A stretch of 64,000 bases of DNA. Source: a virus. A model generated the notes under the pieces. That model saw nothing but the letters and a program-made list of their open reading frames with translations. It did not search any database and was not told the DNA's origin. This document shows, one piece after another, positions 55,554 through 64,000 of this stretch. Each line of letters begins with the position of its first letter. The stretch's first letter is position 1. The stretch is taken from the IMG/VR virus record IMGVR_UViG_3300030503_000566, positions 1-64,000 of that record; one strand, 5' to 3'. Made by a program: the position numbers and the translations under genes.

Positions 55554-56036
55554 AGATCTTCTACTGTTATTGGCTCAGGCCAATAAATTAAGCTGTCCTT
55601 TTGTCGATCTAGGTTTTGATACAGAGAGAAAAGTAGTCAGTGTTACTCCTATTACTACTGCTGAGGGTAATAAAAGATTTGATCAAGGCAAGGAGGGAAC
55701 TAGTATGGAAGACTTAATAAATGAATCATGAGCAAAGTTACTGAGCACTCTCAGATTATAGAGATACTGAGACAACTAAAGGTAGAGTATCCCAATCAGG
55801 GGATTGGTAGACATCTCTCTAATATACTCTCTGATTACCCAAATTACTGGGGAATGTCAGATAAAGAATTTTTATTTGCATTAGAGAAGTACAAATTTGA
55901 GTTAGATGATAATCACTTACCCCCAGAGAAAGAAATTGAAAAACTTGTAGATGAATCTTCATCTATTGAGAATCTTAGAGAAGGTATTGATGAGTATACA
56001 GAATTTGATGAGGAGGGGGATGATTATGGCGACTAA
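55522..56036 (+). CDS. two hypothetical genes (55522-55731; 55728-56036)
   Basis: Coupled ORFs. Confidence 0.65.
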
Positions 56037-56361
56037 AAAGAATAACTATATAACTGCTGAATTAGACTTTGCAGAAGAGCAACTTGCTACTTGGAAGCAA
56101 TATATATTAGACCGGCCAGTAGATCAATTAAAAGATAGAATTGAGTGGAAGCAAACTAAGGGTGGGGGGATGATGCCTATGGTTATCGCCTCTATAGAGG
56201 CACAAGGTAAATTCCTACAAGAGACTCTCAAGAATTATCTCTCATTATTAGAGGTAGTAAATAAGTTAAGAGAACAAGAGGAGGCTAAAGTTGAAGCTAG
56301 AGGAGGCAAGGAGATAAAGGGTGGAATGATGGGTAGACTTGTTAAAGGAGAAGATGAATGA
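56026..56361 (+). CDS. conserved protein preceding terminase (small-subunit candidate)
   Basis: Helical, ends EARGG..., overlaps the TerL start (ATGA). Confidence 0.5.
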   Translation: MATKKNNYITAELDFAEEQLATWKQYILDRPVDQLKDRIEWKQTKGGGMMPMVIASIEAQGKFLQETLKNYLSLLEVVNKLREQEEAKVEARGGKEIKGGMMGRLVKGEDE

Positions 56362-58397
56362 GCATAATTACATCACCTGAGTTTTTTAGAAATGTCAAGA
56401 GACCTCCAACTCCAGATTCTGCGGAGTATGAGCATTTCTTTGAATATGAATTGGATAAAATCAAGTATGGTGTAACCATTAATGGAGTCTTTATAGATCC
56501 TTGGCTCTATTGGCATCTTAATCATTGGAATATTTATATTAATGATAAAGATGAGAGAGATGACTCTACCAAAAGAGTGTTTACTCACCCTACTCCCAGA
56601 GATAATGAGTGGGCCTTGGCTGAGGCAAGAGCAGAAGCTATTAAGCAGAAAAAAGGATTAGTAGCTATTGGTATTCGTAGGTTTGGTAAATCTGAGATAG
56701 AGGCTTCTATTATAGCAAGATCAGCAACTATTTACCAAGGTTCTGAAAATGTTGTTTCCTCCGGTAATGATAAAGATTTAGGGCTTATAACTGATAAACT
56801 TGAGAGAGGCCTGACCTCCGTACACCCTTATTTTCAATGGCAAAGGGTAGAGGATAATTGGAAGAGGCAGGTTACACTAGGGATAAAAAAGAAAAGTGGT
56901 GAGAAATTACCATTCTCTTATATATTAATAAGGAACTATGATGATGGTATCAATAGTGAAGCAGCCGCAGGTATCACAGCCAAAGAGTTTATTATTGACG
57001 AAATTGGAAAATTCCTCTTTCTTCGAGCATTTGAGGCAGCAATGCCAGCTTTTACCTCAGAATTCGGGTGGATATGTAGTCCTCTCCTTGTAGGGACAGG
57101 AGGGGCTTTCGAGAAAGGTAGTGATGCAGAGAAGGTTTTCTTAGATCCTGAGGGACATAATATGCTAGGTTTCCAATGGAAGGAGGAACCTAAGAAAATT
57201 GGTTTCTTTGTTGGGCATAAAAATAGACTTGAGGCCAAAGTGGATACTACACTGGGGGATTGGATAACTACAGAGAAGGGAATTATAATCCCCGCAGGTT
57301 CAGAGCTTTACACAATCCCCTTTAAGGCATCTGATGCTGAGAAAGCTGAGAAAATAACTGATGAGAAAAGAGCACAGAAGAAAAAGGCTAACGATCCTCA
57401 GGCTTACCTTAAAGAAGTAATGTACTTCCCCAAGAATCCACAGGAATGCTTCTTAACTCTAGGTAATTCGTTCTATAATAGTGAGATGGCTAGAGCACAA
57501 AAGGCCAGATTACTCTCTATGGGTAGGAATGGTACCCCCGTAGTCCTCTTTGAGGATGGGCAGGAGATAAAACATCAGTTCTCAGATAAGGGTCCAGTAA
57601 TGAATTGGCCAGCTAAGGCCATGGATGATAAAGATGCTCCTATTATCATATATGAGTTTCCAATGGAGAATCCACCATTTGGATTATATGTAGCTGGTGT
57701 TGACCCTTATAAACAAGATCAGGCTAAGTACTCAGAATCCCTTGGGTCTGTTTACATTTACAAAAGAATACATGATATTCTCGGAGAGGGATATAGAGAT
57801 GTGTTTGTAGCCTCCTACGCAGCAAGACCTAAAAATATTGATACGTGGAATGAACAAAGTCGTCTCTTAATAAAGTTCTATAACGCTAGAACATTATGTG
57901 AGAATGAGGATATGGGATTTATTAACTATATGATTTATAAGGGAGATGGGCATTTTATGGAGGATCAACCTGAGTGGTTAAGGGAGATAGTCCCCAATAC
58001 ACAGGTGAATCGTAAGAAGGGGATACATCGTTCCTCTTCCCAAATAAGAACTTATCTACACTCAGTTCTTAAACATTATTTCGAAGAGAAGATAGGTGTT
58101 CGTCGTAATGATAAAGATGAAGTTATAGGTGATGTGTTAGGAATAACACGAGTACCTGATGTTATGTTATGTGAGGAAATTGCCCGTTTTAATGAAGAGG
58201 ATAACTTTGATAGAGAAGTAGCAGCTTCTCTAGCAGTAGCATTAGCAAGACATCTTGATCCTCAATTTGTTGTCTCATCTATAGAGAAAGATATTAGAAT
58301 AAGAGCTTATTTTGATAGAGCTAAATCACAACAGAATCAAAGCTTCATAGATAGAAAGACCCCAAGCTTCTTAAATAGGAAGACTAAATTTGTATAA
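56358..58397 (+). CDS. terL: terminase large subunit
   Basis: Walker A RRFGKS, Walker B IIDEIGK, GTGG, nuclease GVDPY, ENE, NFDR. Confidence 0.93.
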   Translation: MSIITSPEFFRNVKRPPTPDSAEYEHFFEYELDKIKYGVTINGVFIDPWLYWHLNHWNIYINDKDERDDSTKRVFTHPTPRDNEWALAEARAEAIKQKKGLVAIGIRRFGKSEIEASIIARSATIYQGSENVVSSGNDKDLGLITDKLERGLTSVHPYFQWQRVEDNWKRQVTLGIKKKSGEKLPFSYILIRNYDDGINSEAAAGITAKEFIIDEIGKFLFLRAFEAAMPAFTSEFGWICSPLLVGTGGAFEKGSDAEKVFLDPEGHNMLGFQWKEEPKKIGFFVGHKNRLEAKVDTTLGDWITTEKGIIIPAGSELYTIPFKASDAEKAEKITDEKRAQKKKANDPQAYLKEVMYFPKNPQECFLTLGNSFYNSEMARAQKARLLSMGRNGTPVVLFEDGQEIKHQFSDKGPVMNWPAKAMDDKDAPIIIYEFPMENPPFGLYVAGVDPYKQDQAKYSESLGSVYIYKRIHDILGEGYRDVFVASYAARPKNIDTWNEQSRLLIKFYNARTLCENEDMGFINYMIYKGDGHFMEDQPEWLREIVPNTQVNRKKGIHRSSSQIRTYLHSVLKHYFEEKIGVRRNDKDEVIGDVLGITRVPDVMLCEEIARFNEEDNFDREVAASLAVALARHLDPQFVVSSIEKDIRIRAYFDRAKSQQNQSFIDRKTPSFLNRKTKFV

Positions 58398-61001
58398 ATG
58401 ATCATTTTACATACTAAAGATACCGATATTCGGTATGCATATCTTAACCTATATCCAGACCAATTTGTCTCTGAGGAAGAGAAGAAGACTGATGACTGGA
58501 TAAAGCCCACGTTAGATTATTTTGCAAATGTAGCATACGCTCAGTATAATAAGAATGTTATGACCTTTACCAGAAACTACAAACTGGTTAAAGGCATTAT
58601 TGATAGAGGAGATTTTTTTGAGAATCCTGTTGAGGTTCAAAGCTTTACAGATACCTTAATGCAGAATGTTGACCTTCCCTCAAATATAGTCCATTATCCT
58701 ATTCTCAATCCTCCCCTTAATACCCTTGTTGGTGAATTAGCCAAAAGGCCAGATAATACCTTTGTTAGAGCTTTTGATGATGAGAGTAAATCTGAAGAAT
58801 TGGAAGCAAAGACAGATATGCTCATGCAGTTTATTATGCAGCAGGGTAAACAGGAGGTTTTAAGAAAGCTTGCATTGCAAGGTGAGAAAGTTCCAGATGA
58901 AAAGGATTTAGATCAAATGACTATGGATGAGGTTGAGGAGTATATGACTGATTACACCTCCTTAGCTGAACAATGGTCTAATCATATATTAAAAGCCATG
59001 AAGATGGAGTTTAATATGAAGGAGAAATCTGAGGATGCCTTTAGAGACTTGTTAATTAGTGGAAGACAGTTCTATCATATATTTGAAGATAACTCTAAAT
59101 TAGGATTTAATATCGAGGTAGCTAACGTAAAAAATGTATGGTTTTTAACAGTCCCCGATAGGAAATATACCTCCGAACCTACCTCCAGAGAAGGTTGTTA
59201 TGCAGGAGGAATTATAGAGGTAATGGAACTCTCCGAAATTATAGAGAAGTTTGATCTCACAAAAGAGGAGATTGATCATCTTAAAAATGGTGTTAAACAG
59301 TTCAACTTATTAAATGTCAGGGAGTCCAACTTAATCAATACTAGAAATGTAGGTATAAACTCAGTCACATATGATGTGTATGATCCTTTAGTATTACAGG
59401 AGAGACTAAAGGCTGAAAGCTTCCTCAAAGAAAATAATGACCAACTTAAAGACTTTCTAGGCCTCTCTAATAACGTAACGGCTTATGGTAATAAATATGC
59501 TGTAATGAGGGCTTACTGGATTTCTAAGAAAAAGATGGGGAAACTAACCTTTCTAGATGAACAAGGGGTAGAGCAGGTGATCCAAGTAGATGAACATTAT
59601 GTAGAGGGTTCCATACCTACAGAGATATCAATTGAGTGGGGATTTATCAATCAGTGGTATCAGGGAGTTAAGATAGGACCAGATATTTACCAACTAAAAC
59701 CTTTTACCCTTCTAGATTATTGCCCCCTTATAGGTCTTGTACACGAGATCAAGAATACAGAGTCTCGTGCCCTAGTGGATTTGATGAAGAATTATCAGAC
59801 AATTTATAATGTCTGTATGAATCAAATCTTCCAGTTACTCTCTAAGGAGATAGGTAACGTGTATCTTACCTCTATAAGGCAGGTTCCTACTCCTAAGGAT
59901 GGAGATGGACAGGATGCATTAGAACTATTTGAGGAACAGGCTCGTAAAAATGGTATCCTTTATGTGGATGATAGTCCTGAGAATATGAAGGCCCCCTCCA
60001 ATTTCAATCAGAATAGGAATGTAGATCTCACAAGAACTCAAGAAATAGAATCTCGCTTTAAGATAGCTACACAAATGAAACAGGAGTGCTGGCAGCTAGT
60101 GGGGGTCTCTGAGCAAAGAGTAGGTGAGGTAGCAGCTACCGAGACTGCAACAGGCACACAAGCTGCTCTCTCTCAATCATTTGCACAGACAGAGCCTTAT
60201 TTTGCAGCCCACTCGTATGTTCTAAATATGCTTTATCAGGCTATCTTAGATGCTGCCCAATATGTAGAGAGTACTAAACCTCTCTCCACTATTAAGTATG
60301 TATCCTCTGAGGGTGAGAATGCTTTTATACAAGTTAATGGTAAGGATATTAAGAATAGGGATCTTAAAGTATTTGTTACTGATAGAGCAGATGATTTACG
60401 TAACTTACAGGATATCAGGGGTTTATCTCAAGAGATGTTACAAAATGGTGCCTCTGCTTATGAGATAATTAAATTCTATAACACCACCTCCATGAGGAAG
60501 ATGGAACAGATTGCCAAAAAGCTTAAGGATCAAAATGATCAAATGCAGCAGCAGGCAATGCAACAGAAACAGCAAGAGCTTGATCAGCAACAGAAACAAC
60601 ATGAGGCTGAACTTGAACAAGCTGCTCAACAGCATGAATCTGACCAAGAAAATCAAGATAATCAAAACGATCTTGATAGGATTAATAAGAGAGAGATTGC
60701 TCTTATTACCGCCCTCGCAGGAAAGAATGATCCATTTGGTCCAACAACTCCAGAGGGAGAACCAGACATTCTTGCTTATACTAGCTTGCAAAATGACCAA
60801 GCTAAGGATGCACAAGATCATGATCTTGAGAATAGAAAGTTCCTACAACAGCAAAAAGAGCATAGTGATAAAATGGGAGTGGAATACAAGAAGATTCAGG
60901 CTGAGAAGGAGAGAACTAAAGCGGATTTAGCTAAAGGAAGAATGGAACTTAAGAAGGCTAAGATTGCAAAAGCTGCTCAAGCAAAGAAAACCAAGAAGTA
61001 A
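58398..61001 (+). CDS. portal protein (crAss-like)
   Basis: 867 aa after TerL; HYPILNPPLNTLVGE..KRP, GVSEQRVG, Gln-rich coiled-coil C-terminus. Confidence 0.88.
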   Translation: MIILHTKDTDIRYAYLNLYPDQFVSEEEKKTDDWIKPTLDYFANVAYAQYNKNVMTFTRNYKLVKGIIDRGDFFENPVEVQSFTDTLMQNVDLPSNIVHYPILNPPLNTLVGELAKRPDNTFVRAFDDESKSEELEAKTDMLMQFIMQQGKQEVLRKLALQGEKVPDEKDLDQMTMDEVEEYMTDYTSLAEQWSNHILKAMKMEFNMKEKSEDAFRDLLISGRQFYHIFEDNSKLGFNIEVANVKNVWFLTVPDRKYTSEPTSREGCYAGGIIEVMELSEIIEKFDLTKEEIDHLKNGVKQFNLLNVRESNLINTRNVGINSVTYDVYDPLVLQERLKAESFLKENNDQLKDFLGLSNNVTAYGNKYAVMRAYWISKKKMGKLTFLDEQGVEQVIQVDEHYVEGSIPTEISIEWGFINQWYQGVKIGPDIYQLKPFTLLDYCPLIGLVHEIKNTESRALVDLMKNYQTIYNVCMNQIFQLLSKEIGNVYLTSIRQVPTPKDGDGQDALELFEEQARKNGILYVDDSPENMKAPSNFNQNRNVDLTRTQEIESRFKIATQMKQECWQLVGVSEQRVGEVAATETATGTQAALSQSFAQTEPYFAAHSYVLNMLYQAILDAAQYVESTKPLSTIKYVSSEGENAFIQVNGKDIKNRDLKVFVTDRADDLRNLQDIRGLSQEMLQNGASAYEIIKFYNTTSMRKMEQIAKKLKDQNDQMQQQAMQQKQQELDQQQKQHEAELEQAAQQHESDQENQDNQNDLDRINKREIALITALAGKNDPFGPTTPEGEPDILAYTSLQNDQAKDAQDHDLENRKFLQQQKEHSDKMGVEYKKIQAEKERTKADLAKGRMELKKAKIAKAAQAKKTKK

Positions 61002-61004
61002 TAT

Positions 61005-61193
61005 ATGGCAAAACAATCATATAAGTACGAATTAGGCCAATTGGTATACCTCGTGCATGACCCAGATCAATATCTGAGAATGATTACAACAATACATCTG
61101 AACCTGACAGGAGTTAATTATCAAGTATCATGCGGAGCAGAAGTACTTGATGTTTATGAAGAAGAGATAGCACTAGATAAAAAAGTATTCTAA
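61005..61193 (+). CDS. small beta-barrel protein
   Basis: YELGQLVYLVHDPDQ. Confidence 0.65.
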   Translation: MAKQSYKYELGQLVYLVHDPDQYLRMITTIHLNLTGVNYQVSCGAEVLDVYEEEIALDKKVF

Positions 61194-61330
61194 TTGACTT
61201 AGTTAAGGAGAATTTTTGATTAATGCCATATAGAGCGATAAAAATCAAGCTTTTACCTATTTTTCCTTTGCTAGTATCAATAGTAACCTTAATTTTACAT
61301 CCATAAACCACTCATAAATAACTACATTAT

Positions 61331-62569
61331 ATGCCTGCTGAAGCTAAAGAGAAACTTAGCCTTGATTTTGGTATTGAGGACACGGTGGATGCTGGGGATA
61401 AGGAAGTGCTAAATTCATTTTTCGGTACCTCTTCCTCTGCCAATCCAGACGATGTTATTAGTAATGATACTGATTCATCCACTACAGATAAGACTACAAC
61501 CAAAACTCCTGCTAAACCTGATCCTAATAAGAAACCAGACTCGAAGAAGCCTGAAGAAAAGAAGGATGAGAATACAATAGAGGTTGATCTTGAGGAAGAA
61601 GTTCTTGGTGGTGACACTGAGGGTGATGATAAAAAGGTTAAACCTGATGAGGCAAATACCAACACTAATAACCAACAGGAAGATGCTAAGAGCACAATGG
61701 CTGCTTTAGCAGAAGAATTCGTTGGTATGGGAATTTTTGCACTTGACGAAGGTGAAACTATTGATCCTACCTTAGCTCCAGAAGAATTCTTAAAGTTATA
61801 TGACAGGAATCAGAAGAGGCAAATCAATGATACTATTGAGAATTTCCTCGAAAAGTTTGGGGAAGATTACAAAGAGATGTTTGATGCAGTCTTTGTGAAT
61901 GGTGTTGACCCAAGAGCCTATCTACAGACATTTACCAAATTACAGGATATTGCTTCTCTTGATATGACCCAAGAGGCCTCACAGGAGAAAGTCTTCAAGG
62001 AGTATTGGAGAAGACAAGGATTTCCTGAAGATAAGATTGAGGCAAGATTAGCCAAAACTAAAGTTAATGGAGATCTAGAAGATGATTCTACCGAGTTTCA
62101 CAAAGCCCTTGTTGAGCAAGACTCTAAAGATCTTGAGGTAAAGGCTGAGGATGCAAAAAGGAAGAATGTAGAAGAGAGAAGAGTTAAGCAGGAATTTGCA
62201 CAGAACATTAATAAAATTTTGGTTGAGAAGGCAAGGGATAAAGATTTCGAAGGAATCCCTGTTACTGATCAAATTGCAAAAAGCGCTTTTGAGTTCCTCA
62301 CACAGGAAAAATACAAACTGCCTACTGGCGAACCTCTTACAGAGTTTGACAAGGCAATCCTAGAACTCAGAAGACCTCAGAACCATTCACTTAAAGTGAA
62401 ATTAGCTCTCTTGCTAATGAATGGTCTGGACCTTACTAAGGTTAAAGTAAAAGAACAAAATACTACTACTTCCAAGGCCTTCGATTGGGCTACTAAAGGT
62501 AGGGGTATTACAAATACCACCAAGAGTGGAAAACAGGCTCAGGTTAAAGAAACCGAACCCTTTATATAA
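61331..62569 (+). CDS. acidic scaffold-like structural protein
   Basis: Disordered D/E/K-rich N-terminus, helical C-terminus, between portal and capsid as in crAss-like phages. Confidence 0.65.
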   Translation: MPAEAKEKLSLDFGIEDTVDAGDKEVLNSFFGTSSSANPDDVISNDTDSSTTDKTTTKTPAKPDPNKKPDSKKPEEKKDENTIEVDLEEEVLGGDTEGDDKKVKPDEANTNTNNQQEDAKSTMAALAEEFVGMGIFALDEGETIDPTLAPEEFLKLYDRNQKRQINDTIENFLEKFGEDYKEMFDAVFVNGVDPRAYLQTFTKLQDIASLDMTQEASQEKVFKEYWRRQGFPEDKIEARLAKTKVNGDLEDDSTEFHKALVEQDSKDLEVKAEDAKRKNVEERRVKQEFAQNINKILVEKARDKDFEGIPVTDQIAKSAFEFLTQEKYKLPTGEPLTEFDKAILELRRPQNHSLKVKLALLLMNGLDLTKVKVKEQNTTTSKAFDWATKGRGITNTTKSGKQAQVKETEPFI

Positions 62570-62594
62570 AAGCAAATCTAAATAGATAAGTACA

Positions 62595-64000
62595 ATGGCT
62601 TTACAAACAATTCCCGGGTTTACTGGGTACGCTGCCGCTAGAGTTTCTTCTCTTGATAAAAGAGCAGTAGGTAAACTGACAGATACCAATCACTTGGAAT
62701 CCTTACACCAGATTGAACCTGCTCATTATGACAAGAAGATAATCTCCCTGTATACACAGACTTCTTTGTATAGCAACGACTTCTTGGAGATGATTAATCA
62801 ATCCACTCCATATTACATTGAGAGTAATTCGGATAGCTGGCAGTGGGATATTCAGGTTCCATACAAGTTTCCTAAGATCATCCAAGTTCCTGATGCAACT
62901 AACTCGTTAACCAGACCGGGTATTGATGGGCAGGACTTTCAGTTGGTACTTGATACCAATGAATTTGTCTTGAATGATGTGGTCACCCCCCATAAGATGT
63001 ATTGTGATACTCCCTTAGTAGTTGCAAAAGATCCACTTCCTTATGCTGATGGATTCCTTTATGATTTTACTATCCTTAGTGAGAATCCCCTGACTACTTT
63101 TATTCAATCCAACTTTATTCAGCCGGGTGTTGAATTACAACAGATTGATAACAGTACTGGTGAATTTGATCAGGATCTCTCTGGTCTACCTAGATTGGGA
63201 GAAAGAATTACATTGTATGAAACATTGGGTTCTGGTTACTCTGTTGAGCACTCCATAACTGGTTGGGCTGATGACAGAATGCTGAGAGATGGAGATGGTA
63301 AACCACTGGATATCACCATCTTTGCTAAACTACGTAGAAATGAAATTGGTACTAATGACCTCCAAGGGGTTAGATGGGAACCTTATGTAGAGACAATGAT
63401 GAGGAAGAAGATGCTGGATCTGAAGGTTAATAGAATGGTATGGGGTAAACCCGGTACTACTAAGACCAGAGGTTCTCGTCAGGAACTCAAGAAAGTCTCT
63501 GGTGGCATATACTACAAGATGAGAAATAACGGGAATAGAGTTACCTATAATAGAGGTGAGTTCTCGCTAGAGCTTTTGAGAGATGTATTTGGTGATTTAT
63601 TCTATCGTAGGGTTGATATTAAAGATAGAAGGGTTAAGATCTACACTAATGAAGCAGGGTTTGATCTTTTTAATCAGGCTAACAAGCAGGATTTGCTGAA
63701 CTCTGGTTTGACTATTATCGCTGATGACAGGTTCATCGAAGGTAAAGGTCAGCATATGACCATCAGTTATGGTTTTGATGCAATGGTTACTCGTGAAACT
63801 GGTAGGATTGATTTAGTTCACCTTAGAGAACTTGATCTTCCACAGACTAACTTGGAATTTGGTCAGAACAAAAAGTCCACTCCTCTATTCATGGTATTTG
63901 ATGTATCTACCACTGGGGATGGTACTCTAAAGAATAATATTAGAGAAGTAAGATTGAAGGGTAGACCTTCAATGACTTGGGGTTATATAGATGGTAGAAG
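62595..64000 (+). CDS. major capsid protein (crAss-like), truncated at window end
   Basis: Open frame from ATG 62595: MALQTIPGFTGYAAARVSSLDKRAVGKLTDTNHL...PGIDG...WGKPG...YTNEAG...WGYIDG; absent from the track because it has no stop. Confidence 0.9.
   Translation, partial: MALQTIPGFTGYAAARVSSLDKRAVGKLTDTNHLESLHQIEPAHYDKKIISLYTQTSLYSNDFLEMINQSTPYYIESNSDSWQWDIQVPYKFPKIIQVPDATNSLTRPGIDGQDFQLVLDTNEFVLNDVVTPHKMYCDTPLVVAKDPLPYADGFLYDFTILSENPLTTFIQSNFIQPGVELQQIDNSTGEFDQDLSGLPRLGERITLYETLGSGYSVEHSITGWADDRMLRDGDGKPLDITIFAKLRRNEIGTNDLQGVRWEPYVETMMRKKMLDLKVNRMVWGKPGTTKTRGSRQELKKVSGGIYYKMRNNGNRVTYNRGEFSLELLRDVFGDLFYRRVDIKDRRVKIYTNEAGFDLFNQANKQDLLNSGLTIIADDRFIEGKGQHMTISYGFDAMVTRETGRIDLVHLRELDLPQTNLEFGQNKKSTPLFMVFDVSTTGDGTLKNNIREVRLKGRPSMTWGYIDGR

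Noticed and set aside
51442-62885. Minus-strand ORFs within the late operon (e.g. 56936-57238, 60438-60821, 61327-61695) and alternative frame 60511-60930
   Set aside because: Shadows of structural genes with no motifs
1-64000. Stop-codon reassignment (TAG or TGA), known in some crAss-like phages
   Set aside because: Long genes (PolB, TerL, portal, MCP) are intact in the standard code, all three stops end genes at coupled junctions, and no suppressor tRNA was seen
56358-64000. Introns or inteins in terminase, portal or capsid (also checked in PolB and DnaB)
   Set aside because: Continuous ORFs of ordinary size with no intein C/HN junction motifs recognised
1-64000. Prophage or integrative element
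   Set aside because: No integrase, att sites, repressor switch or flanking host genes visible

Overview
A 64-kb, AT-rich segment of a crAss-like (Crassvirales-type, phi14:2-related) phage of a Bacteroidota host, read in the standard genetic code. Bases 367-49659 are almost entirely minus-strand. They hold a replication/recombination/nucleotide module (RecA, vWA, DUF5664 diphosphohydrolase, ThyX, PD-(D/E)XK nucleases, rIIA/rIIB, UDG, primase, putative SSB, Sak4-like ATPase, SF2 and DnaB-like helicases, RNA ligase, macrodomain, family B DNA polymerase, BCS1-like AAA), then about 19 kb of small, probably early or host-takeover ORFs. After a strand switch near 49.7 kb the plus strand carries a glycosylation/protease cassette, an inverted HNH gene, two tRNAs, and the crAss head module (IHF-like, terminase, portal, scaffold-like protein, major capsid protein running off the end). 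The most interesting items are: an Sm/Hfq-like gene coupled to an (AGT-NNN)27 Ser-X repeat peptide; a five-member paralogue family of unknown function; two candidate Tad1/Acb2-type anti-defence sponges; several multibranched non-coding RNA structures; two recurrent DNA motifs (AACTCTAAAT and TTAATGCYATATAGAGC); a tRNA-Ile with UAU anticodon; and many unannotated single-pass membrane micropeptides. All protein calls come from motif recognition by eye, not database searches.
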